A stretch of DNA of 31,256 bases, from contig CAYPLO010000010.1 in assembly GCA_964411615.1 (NCBI GenBank), positions 1 through 31,256 of the forward strand, given 5' to 3'. The position numbers and the translations under genes are program-made. This stretch comes from an uncultured Aquificales bacterium. GTDB taxonomy: Bacteria; Thermosulfidibacterota; Thermosulfidibacteria; Thermosulfidibacterales; Thermosulfidibacteraceae. The stretch's first letter is position 1, and each line of letters opens with the position of its first letter. A model generated the notes under the pieces. It saw only the letters and a program-made list of their open reading frames with translations, was not told the origin of the DNA and did no database searches. Shown piece after piece: positions 28,941 through 31,256 of the stretch.

Positions 28941-30539
28941 ATGGTGAAGATATACGATACCACCCTAAGGGATGGAACCCAGGCTGAGGAGATATCCTTC
29001 TCATCTACTGACAAGCTTCTGATAGCGGAGAAGCTGGATGAGCTGGGTATCCACTACATAGAGGGGGGCTGGCCAGGTTCAAACCCAAAGGATATGGAGT
29101 TCTTTGAGCTTGCCAAGAAACTCAATCTGAAGAACGCCAAGATAAGCGCCTTCGGAAGCACCAGAAGAGCCAACGTTTCGGTGGAAAAGGATGCCAATGT
29201 GATAGCGCTACTCAAGGCTGAGACGGAAGTTGTGGCCATCTTCGGAAAGAGCTGGGACATGCATGTGACCGATGCCCTGAAATGCTCCTTAGATGACAAC
29301 CTCAGGATGATACACGACACGGTGAGCTTCATGAAGAAGCACGGAAGGGAGGTTATATACGATGCGGAACACTTCTTTGACGGATACAAGCACAATCCCG
29401 AGTACGCCATAAAGACCATAAAGGCTGCCGAGGAGGCGGGAGCGGATATTATCTGTCTGTGCGACACCAACGGAGGCTCCCTTCCCTTTGAGATAGCAGA
29501 GATAGTTGAGGAGGTAAAAAAGCATGTGAACACTCCCCTCGGCATACACTGCCACAACGATACAGAGTGCGCAGTGGCCAACTCCATAATGGCGGTGAAG
29601 TGCGGGGTCGTTCACGTTCAGGGAACCATGAACGGATTTGGGGAGAGGTGCGGAAACGCAAACCTCTGCTCCATAATCCCAAATCTCATGCTCAAGATGG
29701 GTATTGAGTGCATCCCGAAGGAGAACCTCAGGAAACTGACCAACATATCAAGGTTCATATATGAAGTGGCCAACCTGAAGCCATGGACCCACCAGCCCTA
29801 CGTGGGCAGGGCCGCCTTTGCGCACAAGGGTGGAGTGCATGTGAGCGCCGTGATGAGAAGGCCAGAGACCTACGAGCACATAAATCCAGAGCTTGTGGGC
29901 AACAGGAGAAGGGTGCTCGTGTCCGACCTCTCTGGAAGGTCCAATATAGTCTACAAGGCCAAGGAGTTCGGGCTGGACTTGGACTCCAAGGACCCTGTGG
30001 TGCAGAAGGTTCTGGAGGAGCTGAAGCAGCTTGAGCATCAGGGATACCAGTTTGAGGGAGCTGAGGCCTCCTTTGAGATACTGATAAAGAAGGCCATGAA
30101 GAGGTTTAAGCCCTACTTTGACCTGAAAGGGTTCAGGGTGATAGTGGAGAAGAGGGGAAGGGACCACGAGCCCGTGAGCGAGGCCACCATAAAGGTTGAG
30201 ACCCCTGTAGGTGCCCAGCACACGGCGGCGGAGGGGAACGGACCTGTGAATGCACTGGACAGGGCCCTGAGGAAGGCGCTGGAGGAGTTCTATCCAAACC
30301 TCAAAGAGATGCAGCTTGTAGACTACAAGGTCCGTATCCTTGATGAGTACTCTGGCACCGCCGCCAAGGTGAGGGTCATAATAGAGTCAACAGACGGGAA
30401 GAAGCGCTGGGGCACCGTTGGGGTGCACGAGAACGTGATAGAGGCGAGCTGGCAGGCACTGGTTGACAGCATAGAGTACAAGCTGATGAAGGACGAGGAG
30501 GAGGGAAGGGAGATAGCAGACTCCGATAGCGGCAGGTGA
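28941..30539 (+). CDS. cimA: citramalate synthase (DRE-TIM, LeuA/CimA family)
   Basis: [50 protein letters not shown] and a C-terminal regulatory domain ([14 protein letters not shown]); start at ATG 28941 after GGAGGG. Confidence 0.92.
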   Translation: MVKIYDTTLRDGTQAEEISFSSTDKLLIAEKLDELGIHYIEGGWPGSNPKDMEFFELAKKLNLKNAKISAFGSTRRANVSVEKDANVIALLKAETEVVAIFGKSWDMHVTDALKCSLDDNLRMIHDTVSFMKKHGREVIYDAEHFFDGYKHNPEYAIKTIKAAEEAGADIICLCDTNGGSLPFEIAEIVEEVKKHVNTPLGIHCHNDTECAVANSIMAVKCGVVHVQGTMNGFGERCGNANLCSIIPNLMLKMGIECIPKENLRKLTNISRFIYEVANLKPWTHQPYVGRAAFAHKGGVHVSAVMRRPETYEHINPELVGNRRRVLVSDLSGRSNIVYKAKEFGLDLDSKDPVVQKVLEELKQLEHQGYQFEGAEASFEILIKKAMKRFKPYFDLKGFRVIVEKRGRDHEPVSEATIKVETPVGAQHTAAEGNGPVNALDRALRKALEEFYPNLKEMQLVDYKVRILDEYSGTAAKVRVIIESTDGKKRWGTVGVHENVIEASWQALVDSIEYKLMKDEEEGREIADSDSGR

Positions 30540-31256
30540 TGAGAACCATTGTCATCCTCTTTATGTCAGTTCTGCTTCTGGCCTTTGATGCTTATGCCCT
30601 TACACTACAGGAACGCATCTCCCTCATGGGGCTGTGCGAAGTTGCCCGTGAGGATGCAAAGAGTAGAGATGAGCTCATACCCCTTGCCTTGATGTGCGGC
30701 TTCAACAAAAGGCTATTTGAAAAACTGAAAAAAACGCCCTACAGGGCCATTTCTCCCTATCTTGCAGTCAGAACCACTATTAAGGCTGAGAACATAGAGG
30801 CGGTGCAGCTTCCCGCAGAACAGAGGGAAAGGCTACAGACCCTCAAGGACCTGAAGGACGCCTTCTACAGCCAGGACTACAGAAGGTTCTTTGATATATT
30901 CTACGGCAATCCATGGCTCTACAAAGAGGAGGAGGCCAGGAGGCTACTGGCCCTGTCTTTCTACAGGATGGGTAGCTACCACTACGCCCTTGCCCTCTTG
31001 CAATCGGTGAAAGGGTCCTTCGGAGCCTTCTGGAGGTGGAAGATAAAGGGGCTTCTGGGGATGGATGCTGAAGAGGAGGAAGAACAGTTGAAAAATACCA
31101 GTATCACCGACTTCTACGCCGACCTTTTCAGGATGCTCAAAGAAGCTGAGCCGCCCCTGAATGAGTCTCCCAAAGGGGAGAACAGATGCCCCCTTGCCAT
31201 AACCATGCAGAGGCTCGGCCTTGACAGCCTCAGCCTGGAGGCTCTGAAGGACTGTG
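30539..31256 (+). CDS. secreted helical-repeat/TPR-like protein, truncated by the window end (possibly a lytic transglycosylase N-terminus)
   Basis: Absent from the ORF track because it has no stop in the window. ATG overlaps the cimA TGA. Signal peptide [23 protein letters not shown]-like LALSFYRMGSYHYALALL; AFWRWK...DFYA. The frame is open to the end. Confidence 0.7.
   Translation, partial: MRTIVILFMSVLLLAFDAYALTLQERISLMGLCEVAREDAKSRDELIPLALMCGFNKRLFEKLKKTPYRAISPYLAVRTTIKAENIEAVQLPAEQRERLQTLKDLKDAFYSQDYRRFFDIFYGNPWLYKEEEARRLLALSFYRMGSYHYALALLQSVKGSFGAFWRWKIKGLLGMDAEEEEEQLKNTSITDFYADLFRMLKEAEPPLNESPKGENRCPLAITMQRLGLDSLSLEALKDC

Noticed and set aside
1..31256. CRISPR arrays, IS elements, inteins, introns, frameshifted or selenocysteine-recoded genes
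   Set aside because: No spaced repeats or transposases were seen. PolA, GyrA and PcrA are normal length, and the TGA stops fall at expected family C-termini.

Overview
A dense, almost entirely coding chromosomal window of core genes from a bacterium. By eye the GC content is about 55%. Heavy use of ATA and AGG codons, Glu/Lys/Arg-rich proteins and scrambled gene order suggest a deep-branching thermophile, which is inference only. The left minus-strand block is argF - lipoprotein - polA - coaE - DUF2284-like. An 18.8-kb plus-strand run of 18 tightly packed genes follows: short ArgA-type GNAT, ahcY, gpsA, pgsA, metK, purE, tsaC, HemL-like class III aminotransferase, SDR/epimerase, glmU, glmS, ClC-CBS, pcrA, gatC, gyrA, rnhB, yraN and cutA. 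After that come a cupin, a membrane sensor diguanylate cyclase, tRNA-His with mnmG, nfo, cimA and a truncated secreted helical-repeat protein. I found no CRISPR array, mobile element or defence island. The most notable observations are three. First, an unannotated 52-53 aa ORF (27887-28048) has a near-consensus sigma70 promoter and a perfect Shine-Dalgarno; its promoter mirrors the divergent tRNA-His promoter, and a repeated operator-like motif lies nearby. Second, GATC appears to be completely absent from the 31 kb (manual scan). Third, a non-canonical HemL-like aminotransferase is coupled to an SDR just upstream of glmU-glmS.
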